In this document: piece by piece, positions 36,044-44,735 of the stretch | Numbering within the stretch: position 1 is the stretch's first letter | Layout: every line of letters begins with the position of its first letter | Origin: Fimbriimonadales bacterium | GTDB lineage: Bacteria; Armatimonadota; Fimbriimonadia; Fimbriimonadales; JABRVX01 | Reading direction: 5' to 3' | Assembly: GCA_045862955.1 (NCBI GenBank) | Contig: BTVI01000010.1 | Coordinates: forward strand, 1 to 64,000 | DNA length: 64,000 nt | Translations under genes and position numbers: made by a program | The notes under the pieces: model-generated | Databases searched by the model: none | What the model was told of the DNA's origin: nothing | What the model saw: the letters and a program-made list of their open reading frames with translations, nothing else

Positions 36044-37642
36044 ATGACATTTCAATCGCTATATGCCGGGAACCCGGTGATGGCCAAAGAGACAACAGAA
36101 GCGTTAGGGAAGTTCTTAGAGGTTTTGCCTCCGCGCGTCCGAGATAGGCTCGCGGCAAGGCCCGACCTTCCGCAGCTGCTCGAAGTCGTGTTGGACCTCG
36201 GCAGGCCGGCGGAGACCCGTTTCGTAGGCCTAACGGAGCGATGGGAAGACATCGAGGTCACCGACCAAGACATCCAGTACGTGGTCGGGCTGATAGGCGA
36301 GTTCGGCAAGGACAACCGAGCAGGCATCGAGCGCACGCTGCATCGCATCTCCGCGATCCGCAACCGACACGGTCGCATCGTCGGACTGACCTGTCGAGTG
36401 GGGCGCGCGGTCTACGGCACGATAGACATCTTGCAGGACATCCTAGAAGCCGGAAAGAGCATCCTACTGCTCGGCAAACCGGGCGTAGGAAAGACCACGA
36501 AGCTTCGCGAGATGGCGCGCATCCTAGCCGACGAGTTCGATAAGCGAGTGGTGATCGTGGACACCTCGAACGAGATCGCAGGCGACGGAGATGTCCCCCA
36601 TCCCGGAATTGGCACTGCGCGAAGGATGCAAGTGGCCGAACCGGCGCGCCAACACGAGGTTATGGTCGAAGCGGTCGAGAATCACATGCCGGAAGTGATC
36701 GTAATAGACGAGATCGGCACGGAGGCCGAAGCGCTCGCAGCACGGACCATCGCGGAGCGCGGCGTACAGCTCATCGGCACCGCTCACGGCCGCACACTGG
36801 ATAACCTGATGAGCAATCCGACGCTCTGCGACCTGATCGGCGGCATTCAGGCCGTAACCCTCTCGGACGATGAGGCCCGGCGGCGCGGTACGCAGAAGAC
36901 GGTGCTGGAGCGCAAGGCTCCGCCGACCTTCAGCATCGTGATTGAACTGCTCGACTACGACAAGATCGCAATCCATCATGACGTGCAGCGCGCCGTGGAC
37001 ATCATGCTGCGCGGCAGTCAGCCCAGACCGGAGATCCGGGTGCGCAGTTCGCAAGGCGAGGTGGAGGTGGTGCAGAAGCCAGAGGTGGTCGTGGAAATGG
37101 CCTCTATGCCGCACGAGCACCCCGCCCTGGACCTGGACCGCGGCGAAGCTCCCGTGCGGCCCGTGAACAACCTGCGCGGCGGCGTGATGCGCATCTTCCC
37201 ATACGGCGTGGCTCGGACGCGCCTGGACCGGGCCATTCGAGAACGCAGGCTGCCTGCAATCACCGTGAACGACATCCAACAGGCCGATGCGGTGCTCGCC
37301 ATACGAACCACCTATCAGCGCAGGCCGCCGCGACTACGCGAGGTGATGGACAAACAGGTGCCTACGGTGGTGGTGAAAAGCAACACCTACTCGCAGATTG
37401 CCGGTGCGCTGGACGACCTGTTCCGCCTGCCGGACGCTCGCACGATGGAGGCTCTGGCTATCAAAGAGGCGGAGGAGGGCGTGGAGCAGGTGCTGTCTAC
37501 CGCCGAGCCCTTCGACCTGCCACCGAGGAATAGCTACCTGCGACGGCTGCAGCACCTGCTGGTTGCCAAGCGCAAGCTGCTCTCGGAGAGCGTCGGCGAG
37601 GAGCCAAACCGGTACGTGCGTATCCTCGCTAAGGGAACCTGA
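36044..37642 (+). CDS. AAA ATPase with C-terminal R3H domain (Ycf45/SpoIIIAA-like)
   Basis: VLDLGR, TLHRIS, GKPGVGKTT, VDTSNEIAGDGD, IVIDEIG, GTAHG; RRLQH R3H motif. Confidence 0.88.
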   Translation: MTFQSLYAGNPVMAKETTEALGKFLEVLPPRVRDRLAARPDLPQLLEVVLDLGRPAETRFVGLTERWEDIEVTDQDIQYVVGLIGEFGKDNRAGIERTLHRISAIRNRHGRIVGLTCRVGRAVYGTIDILQDILEAGKSILLLGKPGVGKTTKLREMARILADEFDKRVVIVDTSNEIAGDGDVPHPGIGTARRMQVAEPARQHEVMVEAVENHMPEVIVIDEIGTEAEALAARTIAERGVQLIGTAHGRTLDNLMSNPTLCDLIGGIQAVTLSDDEARRRGTQKTVLERKAPPTFSIVIELLDYDKIAIHHDVQRAVDIMLRGSQPRPEIRVRSSQGEVEVVQKPEVVVEMASMPHEHPALDLDRGEAPVRPVNNLRGGVMRIFPYGVARTRLDRAIRERRLPAITVNDIQQADAVLAIRTTYQRRPPRLREVMDKQVPTVVVKSNTYSQIAGALDDLFRLPDARTMEALAIKEAEEGVEQVLSTAEPFDLPPRNSYLRRLQHLLVAKRKLLSESVGEEPNRYVRILAKGT

Positions 37643-37643
37643 G

Positions 37644-38291
37644 GTGCACGGCCTCTTCATCACCTTCGAAGGGCCGGAGGGTGGCGGCAAGAGCACGCAG
37701 ATCGAGAGATGCGCGGAGTGGCTGACTTCCGAGAGCTACTCGGTGTTGGTCACTCGGGAGCCGGGGGGCAGGCATGCGCTCGGTGAAGGGGTGCGGAACA
37801 TCCTGCTCGAGGGCGAGCCTGTCGTGCCGCTTGCCGAGATGTTCTTATTCCTCGCCGATCGAGCCCAACACGTCGCTCAGGTGATCGTGCCGGCGCTGGA
37901 ACGCGGTGAGATCGTGTTGTGCGACCGCCATGCGGACTCGACGACGGTGTATCAGGGCATCGCAAGGGGTTTGGGCAGGGAGCGCGCCGAAGAGCTGAAC
38001 CGGTGGGCGACCGGCGGACTGGAACCCGACTTGACGATCCTGTTGGATATCGAGCCCCGAGCCGGGCTCGCCCGCCTGAGCAACCTGGATAGGCTCGACC
38101 GCGAGGCGCTCGACTTCCACCGCGCGGTTCGCGAGGGGTTCCTCGCCTTGGCTGCAGAGAATCCACGCTATCGCGTGATTGACGCGTCTCAGTCGCCGGA
38201 CGAAGTCGCTTCCCTCACGCGCCAAGCGATCGCTGCACTGCTCTCGGCACGCGGCTATAATAGGGTCACCCCAACCCAGGAGGGCCCATGA
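37644..38291 (+). CDS. tmk: Thymidylate kinase
   Basis: FITFEGPEGGGKST, TREPGG, LCDR, YQG, PDLTILLD; GTG 37644. Confidence 0.95.
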   Translation: MHGLFITFEGPEGGGKSTQIERCAEWLTSESYSVLVTREPGGRHALGEGVRNILLEGEPVVPLAEMFLFLADRAQHVAQVIVPALERGEIVLCDRHADSTTVYQGIARGLGRERAEELNRWATGGLEPDLTILLDIEPRAGLARLSNLDRLDREALDFHRAVREGFLALAAENPRYRVIDASQSPDEVASLTRQAIAALLSARGYNRVTPTQEGP

Positions 38292-38620
38292 AGCTACTGA
38301 TCGCCGTGGTGCACAACCGTGACAAGAACAACATCACGGACGCGCTGCTGCGTGCGGGGTACAAGTTCACCACCATCGCCAGTACGGGAGGCTTTCTGCG
38401 CGAGGGCAACTCCACGCTGCTGATCGGCGCAGAGAACGACCAGGTCGAGTCGGTGATGGGACTGCTCGGCGAGAACTGCAAATCGCGCGAGCAATACGTG
38501 AACGCCCTTCCGCCGGATGCCGCACCCATCGGCACCTTCCTGCCCACCACCCCTATGAAGGTCACGGTCGGTGGCGCAATCATCTTCATCGTGGACGTGG
38601 AGCGATTCGAGAGGATCTAG
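38288..38620 (+). CDS. darA: Cyclic-di-AMP receptor, PII-like (DarA/PstA/YaaQ)
   Basis: MKLLIAVV..D, STGGFLREGNSTLLIG, VGGAIIFI; tmk-darA-holB context. Confidence 0.9.
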   Translation: MKLLIAVVHNRDKNNITDALLRAGYKFTTIASTGGFLREGNSTLLIGAENDQVESVMGLLGENCKSREQYVNALPPDAAPIGTFLPTTPMKVTVGGAIIFIVDVERFERI

Positions 38621-39666
38621 CCGCCTTCGAAGAGATCATCGGCCACACCGATGCCAAACGCCTGCTCGCTCGCGCACTCCAGAGCGGCCGCGAGCCCCAT
38701 GCCTTCCTTTTCGTCGGGCCGAGCGGTGTCGGCAAGACCGCCCTCGCCACTTCCTATTGTCGCGCCCTGCTGTGCGAGACCCGAACGGGATGCGGGGAGT
38801 GCTCCTCCTGCAGACGGTTCGGTTCGGGCTCCCACCCAGACTTCGTGCGCATCTATCCGGGGCAGCGCGTAGACCCCGAGGACAAGGGTGACGCGATCCA
38901 GATCAAGGCGGTGAGGCAGCTCGTGCTGCCGCGCGTGACGGTCGGACCCGCCATCGGCGACCGGGTGGCGGTGCTGATCCAGCAAGCCGAGCGCATGACA
39001 TGGGGGGCGGCCAACGCTCTGCTTAAGACGCTCGAGGAGCCACCCGATTGGATGCGCCTAGTCCTTACTGCCAACGCATCGGACGCTGTGCCGCCCACGA
39101 TCCTGTCGCGTTGCACGCTGGTCGCCTTCGGGCAGGTGTCGCACGAGGAGCTTCGGGACGGCTTGGTCCGCCTCTTCGGGGCGACCGACGAAGTGGCGGA
39201 GGACGTAGCTTTCCTTGCCGGTGGCCTGCCGGGCCGAGCGATCGGGCTCCTGGAGGACCCGGACGCGCAGAATAGGGCGCGGAGCGTGGCAGCATTCGTG
39301 GAGGGCTTGGCCAATGCGTCCCGGGCAGAGGCGCTCGCTCTGGCCGAGCGGTTGCAGGAGGCGTCGGCGGCACCGGCTTCGGGGGAGGACCTGAGTGCTC
39401 GCGCGGCACTGGCCGCGTCGCTCGCGCACCTTGCGCAGTGCTTTCGGGACGCTGCGGTGATACGACTGAACGCGGACGGTCTGGGCTTGGCTGCGCCGAC
39501 CGCGCAGAACGCAGTGGGGAAGCTCGCGGTCCGAGCCTCTGTGGAACACTGGTGCGCCTGTGCGGAACAAGCCTTGGAGTCCCGGAATCGCATTCTCGGG
39601 AACGCTAGCGCCCGCTACCAACTCGATGCACTGATGTCCCGCGTCGTGGCTGGCCTGGGAGACTGA
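38605..39666 (+). CDS. holB: DNA polymerase III delta-prime subunit (start codon non-canonical and uncertain)
   Basis: The frame of ORF 38845-39666 reads upstream as AFEEIIGH...HAFLFVGPSGVGKT...LLC..CGECSSC..HPDF, then AANALLKTLEEPP and TILSRC. Confidence 0.85.
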   Translation: MREDLAAFEEIIGHTDAKRLLARALQSGREPHAFLFVGPSGVGKTALATSYCRALLCETRTGCGECSSCRRFGSGSHPDFVRIYPGQRVDPEDKGDAIQIKAVRQLVLPRVTVGPAIGDRVAVLIQQAERMTWGAANALLKTLEEPPDWMRLVLTANASDAVPPTILSRCTLVAFGQVSHEELRDGLVRLFGATDEVAEDVAFLAGGLPGRAIGLLEDPDAQNRARSVAAFVEGLANASRAEALALAERLQEASAAPASGEDLSARAALAASLAHLAQCFRDAAVIRLNADGLGLAAPTAQNAVGKLAVRASVEHWCACAEQALESRNRILGNASARYQLDALMSRVVAGLGD

Positions 39667-39699
39667 CTCTTCGACACGGCTCGCCATCGGTGCTCTGTT

Positions 39700-39844
39700 G
39701 GCCCGTCGGCCGGCGCGCTGCGGGCGAGCGCACGAGGGTCGGGCTGGAACGAGCTTCGTGCTGCCAAAGGGGCGAGAACCCGCTCGGCCCGGGAAACTCC
39801 GCGCCCGGTCTGCTCGCGCTCTGGCCGCCCGCCAGAGATGGGCC
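39700..39844. other. Long imperfect inverted repeat / candidate structured RNA or MITE
   Basis: Nested complementary segments GGCCCGTC/GATGGGCC, GGCCGG/CTGGCC, GCGAGCG/TGCTCGC, GGTCGGGC/GCCCGGTC. Confidence 0.3.
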
Positions 39845-40094
39845 CTAGTTCTGACGAGTTTCAAGTGAGGTGCTGTTCACGGGAACAGGCGCCCGTTGTC
39901 GGGACGGGTACCCGCTCGAGCACTCGTCTCACTAGCCAACCGGACATCCGCAGGCACCAATGAACTCGAGTTGAAGCCCAGCAACGGTCGTATGGGCGAC
40001 CCCCGAAAAAAGACCAGTACGAGGTGCTGCATGTAGTAGACAAGTTCATATACTTGTATTGGAGCCCGAGATGGAATGACACCCAGGACCCGTA

Positions 40095-40693
40095 ATGGCA
40101 AGGTCCGATGACCGGGCCCAGCAAGGTGGCATGCCTCTCGCTAGAGAGGCACTGATCCGGCGAATCGCGTGGGTGCCCGTCCTCGTAGTCGTCGCGGTGG
40201 TGGTTGTGGCGATCGGGACGCGGCCCTCGGCGATGAGCACCGCGATCACCGACCAGGTGCGCGTACGATTGGTCTTCGTCACCCACCCGAGATGTCCAGA
40301 GTGTCGCCCTTTGCAGGCCCGCATCGCTGGGACCCAGTCCGTGCTCCGCTGTCCCCCTTGTTGGCGCTGGGCGTGCTCACGCGAGCCTGGTCCCGCATGG
40401 ACATCCTGAGCGTGCTGACGGTCGGAGTCGCGGCGCTCGTGCTGCTCGGCCCCGTATGCCACCTGCGGCGGCGCGCGGCGGCCTGGGCGGTTGCCCTGTC
40501 GGCTCTCCTGTTGGGGGCGTTCTATTGGGCCACCATGCTCGCACTAGTGGGCTACATCGAGCTGAGCGAGGTCTACGTGGTGACCCGAGTGTACACCGCT
40601 CTGTGTCCGTTTCTCATCGGGGCCGCCGTTGGATGGCTGATCCTGCTCGGCTACCGGTGGCAAGGCTGGTTGCCGAACTCGGAAAAGAACTGA
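40095..40693 (+). pseudogene. Possible frameshifted membrane protein gene (TM + CxxC part, then multi-TM part)
   Basis: Protein-like 5' half in the frame of 40095 (FVTHPRCPEC) and protein-like 3' half in the frame of 40169; switch near 40325-40360. Confidence 0.4.
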
Positions 40694-40781
40694 CACAGAG
40701 GTGTCTTTTCCTGTTGGACGGTGTCGGCGTCGTTCATTCAGCCGACAGCAATTCCAACCTGTCCCGGCCGGCAGTGCTGGG

Positions 40782-42014
40782 CTACGCCTCAGACAGCAGT
40801 CCGTCCTTGCTTGGGGCGAGGGCGTCGAGCCACTTTCGCAGCACGAGGTGTGCTACGCCGTTGGCGGCGCCCCAATCCTCCGACTCGGATACAGTGAGGC
40901 GCATGTTGTCGTACACATCCGGCTCCACGCCGAGGCGCACCGTGCGGCGAACCACGTCGAGGTTCAGAAGGCCCGATGTGGCGAGTTGCCCGGCAACCAA
41001 CACGGTTCGCGGGCGCAATAGTCCGCCGATGGTGCTGATTGCGTCGCCGACTGCCTCGCTAACATCGCTCACGACGCGGAACGCGAGCGTGTCGCCGGCT
41101 TGAGCCGCCCTGGCGATGAGCCCAGGCGTCAGTGCATCTAAGTCGCCGCCGAGCATGTCCAGCAGCAGGCACGGCCCGCAGTGTTCCAGAGCGCGACGCG
41201 TGTTGGCCGTGAGCCGATCCAACGCCACGACCTCCTCCAACCGGGTCGTCTTTGGGCCTCCTCTACCGTTGGGGCTCACTAGCAGGTTCCGAACGTCCAG
41301 CGGCGCACCGTTCGATCCCTTGTAGGGGGTGCCGAATATGGATAACGCACTTCCCAGCTCGCTGCCGAACTCCAACAGAAGACACGTCTGGTCCCTGAGT
41401 GTAGGGTTCTGGTACACGTCCCAAACGAGCCGAGCCCGAGTCACGTGGTCGATCGCGACGACCTTCCCTTCGAACATCCGCTCGAGGATCTCCAGAAAGT
41501 TCCTCTCCGGCACTGCGTCCGAGTTGGGATAGTTGCGGGCAATCCCGGAGTCACTGTATACGATGCCAGAGAGGGCAACTCCCGCACCGATGATTTGCTC
41601 CGAGCTGACCTCCGCCAACCCGAGGACGGCGTCCATGCCTGCCTTCATCTTGTCGGCCAAGCCATCGCCCGGCGGAAGCTCGGCCGTGTGGTGCTGTGCG
41701 AGCTGTTCGCCGTCCGGATTCACCAAGACGGTTCGAATGCCGTCACTGGTGATCGCTTGGCCCACGATCAGCGCTTTCTGGGCCGAGAGGCGAAGCTGAA
41801 CTGGCCGCCGGCCGCCGAGAGAGACGGCGCGGCCGGACTCCCGAAGCCATCCGGAGTTGATGAGCCTCCGAATCACTAGCGAGATCGCCGCGGGGCTTTG
41901 TCCCAATCTTTGTGCGAGTTCCTGCCGGGTGATATCGGGGAACTCATAGACGTAACGAATCAACTGGCGCTCTACGCGCCAGGCCCCCGGGGTTCGCTTT
42001 CTTCGACGAGCCAT
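40782..42014 (-). CDS. ROK family transcriptional regulator (NagC/XylR-like)
   Basis: N-terminal wHTH (ITRQELAQRLGQSPAAIS...GGRRP), GAGVALSGIV, degenerate ROK core. Confidence 0.85.
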   Translation of the reverse strand: MARRRKRTPGAWRVERQLIRYVYEFPDITRQELAQRLGQSPAAISLVIRRLINSGWLRESGRAVSLGGRRPVQLRLSAQKALIVGQAITSDGIRTVLVNPDGEQLAQHHTAELPPGDGLADKMKAGMDAVLGLAEVSSEQIIGAGVALSGIVYSDSGIARNYPNSDAVPERNFLEILERMFEGKVVAIDHVTRARLVWDVYQNPTLRDQTCLLLEFGSELGSALSIFGTPYKGSNGAPLDVRNLLVSPNGRGGPKTTRLEEVVALDRLTANTRRALEHCGPCLLLDMLGGDLDALTPGLIARAAQAGDTLAFRVVSDVSEAVGDAISTIGGLLRPRTVLVAGQLATSGLLNLDVVRRTVRLGVEPDVYDNMRLTVSESEDWGAANGVAHLVLRKWLDALAPSKDGLLSEA

Positions 42015-42141
42015 TATGTGATACCTCTCATAACCATGCGGGTTCGAAGCCCAAATAGTTTCGAAAGCTGGGTACCGCTATCTACACGGCTTGCCGGAAC
42101 GTGCTTCCCATAGCAGATGAACCCTTACTTACAACGCGCCT

Positions 42142-42171
42142 AGCATACATCCAGGTTTTGCGTCAAGTCAA
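42142..42171 (-). promoter_or_regulatory. Putative sigma70 promoter for the ROK regulator
   Basis: Minus strand TTGACT-N18-TATGCT. Confidence 0.45.
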
Positions 42172-42271
42172 TAGCAAGGGAGGTCGGCGGAGCGAGTTTG
42201 CACAAAGTTTGTCCGAACACGGGCGGCCCGTTCCGCCGATCCCGGACGAACTGCCTGAACGGAGACTAAGG

Positions 42272-42297
42272 GGAACTCTGAGCAGGAGGATTGCGTA
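42272..42297 (+). promoter_or_regulatory. Putative ECF sigma (autoregulatory) promoter
   Basis: GGAAC-N17-CGTA, 28 nt upstream of the ECF sigma ATG. Confidence 0.55.
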
Positions 42298-42325
42298 GAC
42301 CAGGGAATAGAGGGATGTCACAACG

Positions 42326-42931
42326 ATGACCGTTGCTCGTGAGGCCACCGCTATAAAGGCTCTGGATCAAGCACTCTTCGAGGACCTCCTCCGCAAGCAT
42401 CATCGGCAAGCCTATAACCTCGCTTACCGCATGACTGGTAATGAGGCGGACGCCGAGGACTTGGTCCAAGAGGCCTTCGTCCGAGCCTACCGATTCTTCG
42501 ACCGCTACGACACGAGACTGCCCTTTACCAGTTGGCTGTATCGAATAATGACCAACGCGCACATAGACGTTCTGAGGCGGCGCTCGCGTATGCGGACTGT
42601 ATCGCTCGATGAACCGGTCAAGGGTGACGATGGCGAGTCTTCGCTTGCCTGGGAACTGCCTGACGACCGACCGAGCCCAGAGGATGTCCTGCTGTCCGGC
42701 GTCCTGGACGAGACCCTGCAGCGGGGCCTGGCATCCCTTCCAGAACCATTCCGCTGGGCTGTACTGCTAGCCGACGTGGAAGGACTCTCGTACGACGAGA
42801 TATCCGATGTAATGAACTGCTCCGTGGGCACGGTGCGCTCGCGCATCCACCGGGGTAGGAAGCTGCTGCGAAGCTTCTTGAGCAGACAAAAGGGTTTTGA
42901 GGCTGCGATGAACTCGAGGTGTGGTTCATGA
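42326..42931 (+). CDS. ECF RNA polymerase sigma factor
   Basis: DAEDLVQEAFVRAY, FTSWLYRIMTN (region 2); GLSYDEIS...GTVRSRIHRGR (region 4). Confidence 0.95.
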   Translation: MTVAREATAIKALDQALFEDLLRKHHRQAYNLAYRMTGNEADAEDLVQEAFVRAYRFFDRYDTRLPFTSWLYRIMTNAHIDVLRRRSRMRTVSLDEPVKGDDGESSLAWELPDDRPSPEDVLLSGVLDETLQRGLASLPEPFRWAVLLADVEGLSYDEISDVMNCSVGTVRSRIHRGRKLLRSFLSRQKGFEAAMNSRCGS

Positions 42932-43449
42932 ATTGTAGGTATGTGGAGAGCCGGCTGTCTTGTTACGTGGACGAAGAGCTGACCGGCTTCGAGATGATGC
43001 TGGTTCGCAGGCATCTTGCCCGGTGCGAGTCGTGCGAGCGCGAGCTGGAGAACATCCTATCCACGAAGCGGTTGCTTAGCTCTTTGCAGTGCGTGCCCGC
43101 CTCCGAGGGCTTCGAGGATCGCCTGTTGAATGCCGTGCTCGGAACGCAGTCCGCGCACTGGTGGGAGCGATTCCGTAAGGAGGCACGGGCGAACTGGCTC
43201 GCATGGTCGTTCGGTCTGTGCGGTCTGGTTGCTGCCGCTGTGATCTGGGTAGTTCCGGAGCAGCGCGACCTCTTTACGAAAGGCCCCGGCAGCTATGATG
43301 CCGGCATCCAGAGTGCCGGCCATTATATGGCACCTCAGCTCGACAGCGAGACCCGTAAGCTGCTCGAAGATCACTACGACCGGCGGCCGGATGTCCCGGA
43401 TGTGGTGGTACCGGAGAAGCACTCCGTCCCCGTCATCTTCGAACGGTAG
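42928..43449 (+). CDS. Zinc-binding (zf-HC2/ZAS) anti-sigma factor with TM helix
   Basis: MNC..VESRLSCYVDEEL...HLARCESC; ATGA overlap with the sigma gene; TM segment. Confidence 0.88.
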   Translation: MNCRYVESRLSCYVDEELTGFEMMLVRRHLARCESCERELENILSTKRLLSSLQCVPASEGFEDRLLNAVLGTQSAHWWERFRKEARANWLAWSFGLCGLVAAAVIWVVPEQRDLFTKGPGSYDAGIQSAGHYMAPQLDSETRKLLEDHYDRRPDVPDVVVPEKHSVPVIFER

Positions 43450-43467
43450 GGCACTCTGAGGGGAAGC

Positions 43468-44700
43468 ATGAGCCTCCGCCATATCCCCTTGCTCTGGTTA
43501 GGGGTGATGAGTTCCGCCTATGCGAACTCGCCCGAAAACCTGCTGGCCTCGGCGCTGAGCTCACACGTAAAGACACCCCTCCTCGCCATGCAGCGGGTGC
43601 GCGTCCTCCAGAATGGCACTCTCGTGGAATATCGGGTGCTGGTCGAGCAGGATGGAAAAGGATGCGCCCGCTACGAGGTGCTCGCTCCCATTCGACACAA
43701 GGGTATGGTGTTGGTCGAGGGGCCGAATCAGCAGACACGCTTCGACCCTAACACGAATCGGTGTGAGGTTCAGCCGTCCGCCCGTTCATCCGGACAGCAA
43801 ATCGTGGACAAGCGGAGGCCTGCTCTGATAAAGAGCAATTACAGGGTCACGCTCGATGGCCATGCAACGGTGGGTGGCCGCAAAGCTCTGGTCATTACGG
43901 CTCGCCCCTTGGCTCAGGGAGTGCTGAAGAGGACCTACTGGCTAGATGCCGAGCGAAACTTCATACTGAAGATGCGCATCGTGGGAGAAGACGGTGCTCT
44001 TCTCTACGAGCGGGAGCTGATGTTCCCCAAACTGGGTGTCGAGTTTCGCCCGGGAACCTTCGCGGTTCGCATTGGGTGTGGCGTGGAGGCGACGCGGCGT
44101 CCGACTCCGAAGTTGTTCACATCCCTCTCCGCGCTGTCCAAGGACGTCGGTTTCGACATCCTTACTCCCCAGGAACTGCCCGTGGGTCTCCACTTCCTTT
44201 ATGCCGAGTCGATGGAGACGTCGAGCGGCAAGACCGCAGTGCTCCGCTACTCGGACGGGCTGGCGCAGGCTTCGGTATACCAAGTCAAGAGTTCTGTATT
44301 AGTTCCGACCACGAACGCCTTTGCAGGGGCCGATCGAGCCGCCGTATTCTCGCGCCATGGGTCGAAGTACACGATCGTGGGGGACCTGGGTGAGAGTGGA
44401 ATGAGTCGGCTCGTAGCCGGTTTCGAGGAAGCCGATAAGGCACGCCAGCATCGCTGGGCAAACGAACTCGCCAAGCAGCTCAACGCACCTGCGGCGGAAG
44501 TGCATCGCCTGCTCGACGCAGGGATGGACCTGAACGACGCAGCATTTCTCCTAGTCGTGCGAGAGGCATCCCGCGAGCAGCTTGCAAGCTTGAAACAGTG
44601 GTGGCTCGCCGGAATGACGCGGCAGGAAATCGTCACTCGGAGCCGCGCAGACTGGAGCGATGTGCAAGAGCGCATGCGTACTGTAGGAATGAGTAGGTAG
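43468..44700 (+). CDS. RseB/MucB-like (LolA-fold) periplasmic protein
   Basis: Sec signal; NYRV....TVGGR, YWLDAE..FILK, LPVG, YSDGLAQASVY, TIVGDL; position after the anti-sigma. Confidence 0.7.
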   Translation: MSLRHIPLLWLGVMSSAYANSPENLLASALSSHVKTPLLAMQRVRVLQNGTLVEYRVLVEQDGKGCARYEVLAPIRHKGMVLVEGPNQQTRFDPNTNRCEVQPSARSSGQQIVDKRRPALIKSNYRVTLDGHATVGGRKALVITARPLAQGVLKRTYWLDAERNFILKMRIVGEDGALLYERELMFPKLGVEFRPGTFAVRIGCGVEATRRPTPKLFTSLSALSKDVGFDILTPQELPVGLHFLYAESMETSSGKTAVLRYSDGLAQASVYQVKSSVLVPTTNAFAGADRAAVFSRHGSKYTIVGDLGESGMSRLVAGFEEADKARQHRWANELAKQLNAPAAEVHRLLDAGMDLNDAAFLLVVREASREQLASLKQWWLAGMTRQEIVTRSRADWSDVQERMRTVGMSR

Positions 44701-44735
44701 ACGATATCGAAGGATACGGGAGGTAACCAAGAACC

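Noticed and set aside
39851..39890. CTGACGA as a hammerhead ribozyme core
   Set aside because: No stem II followed by GAAA
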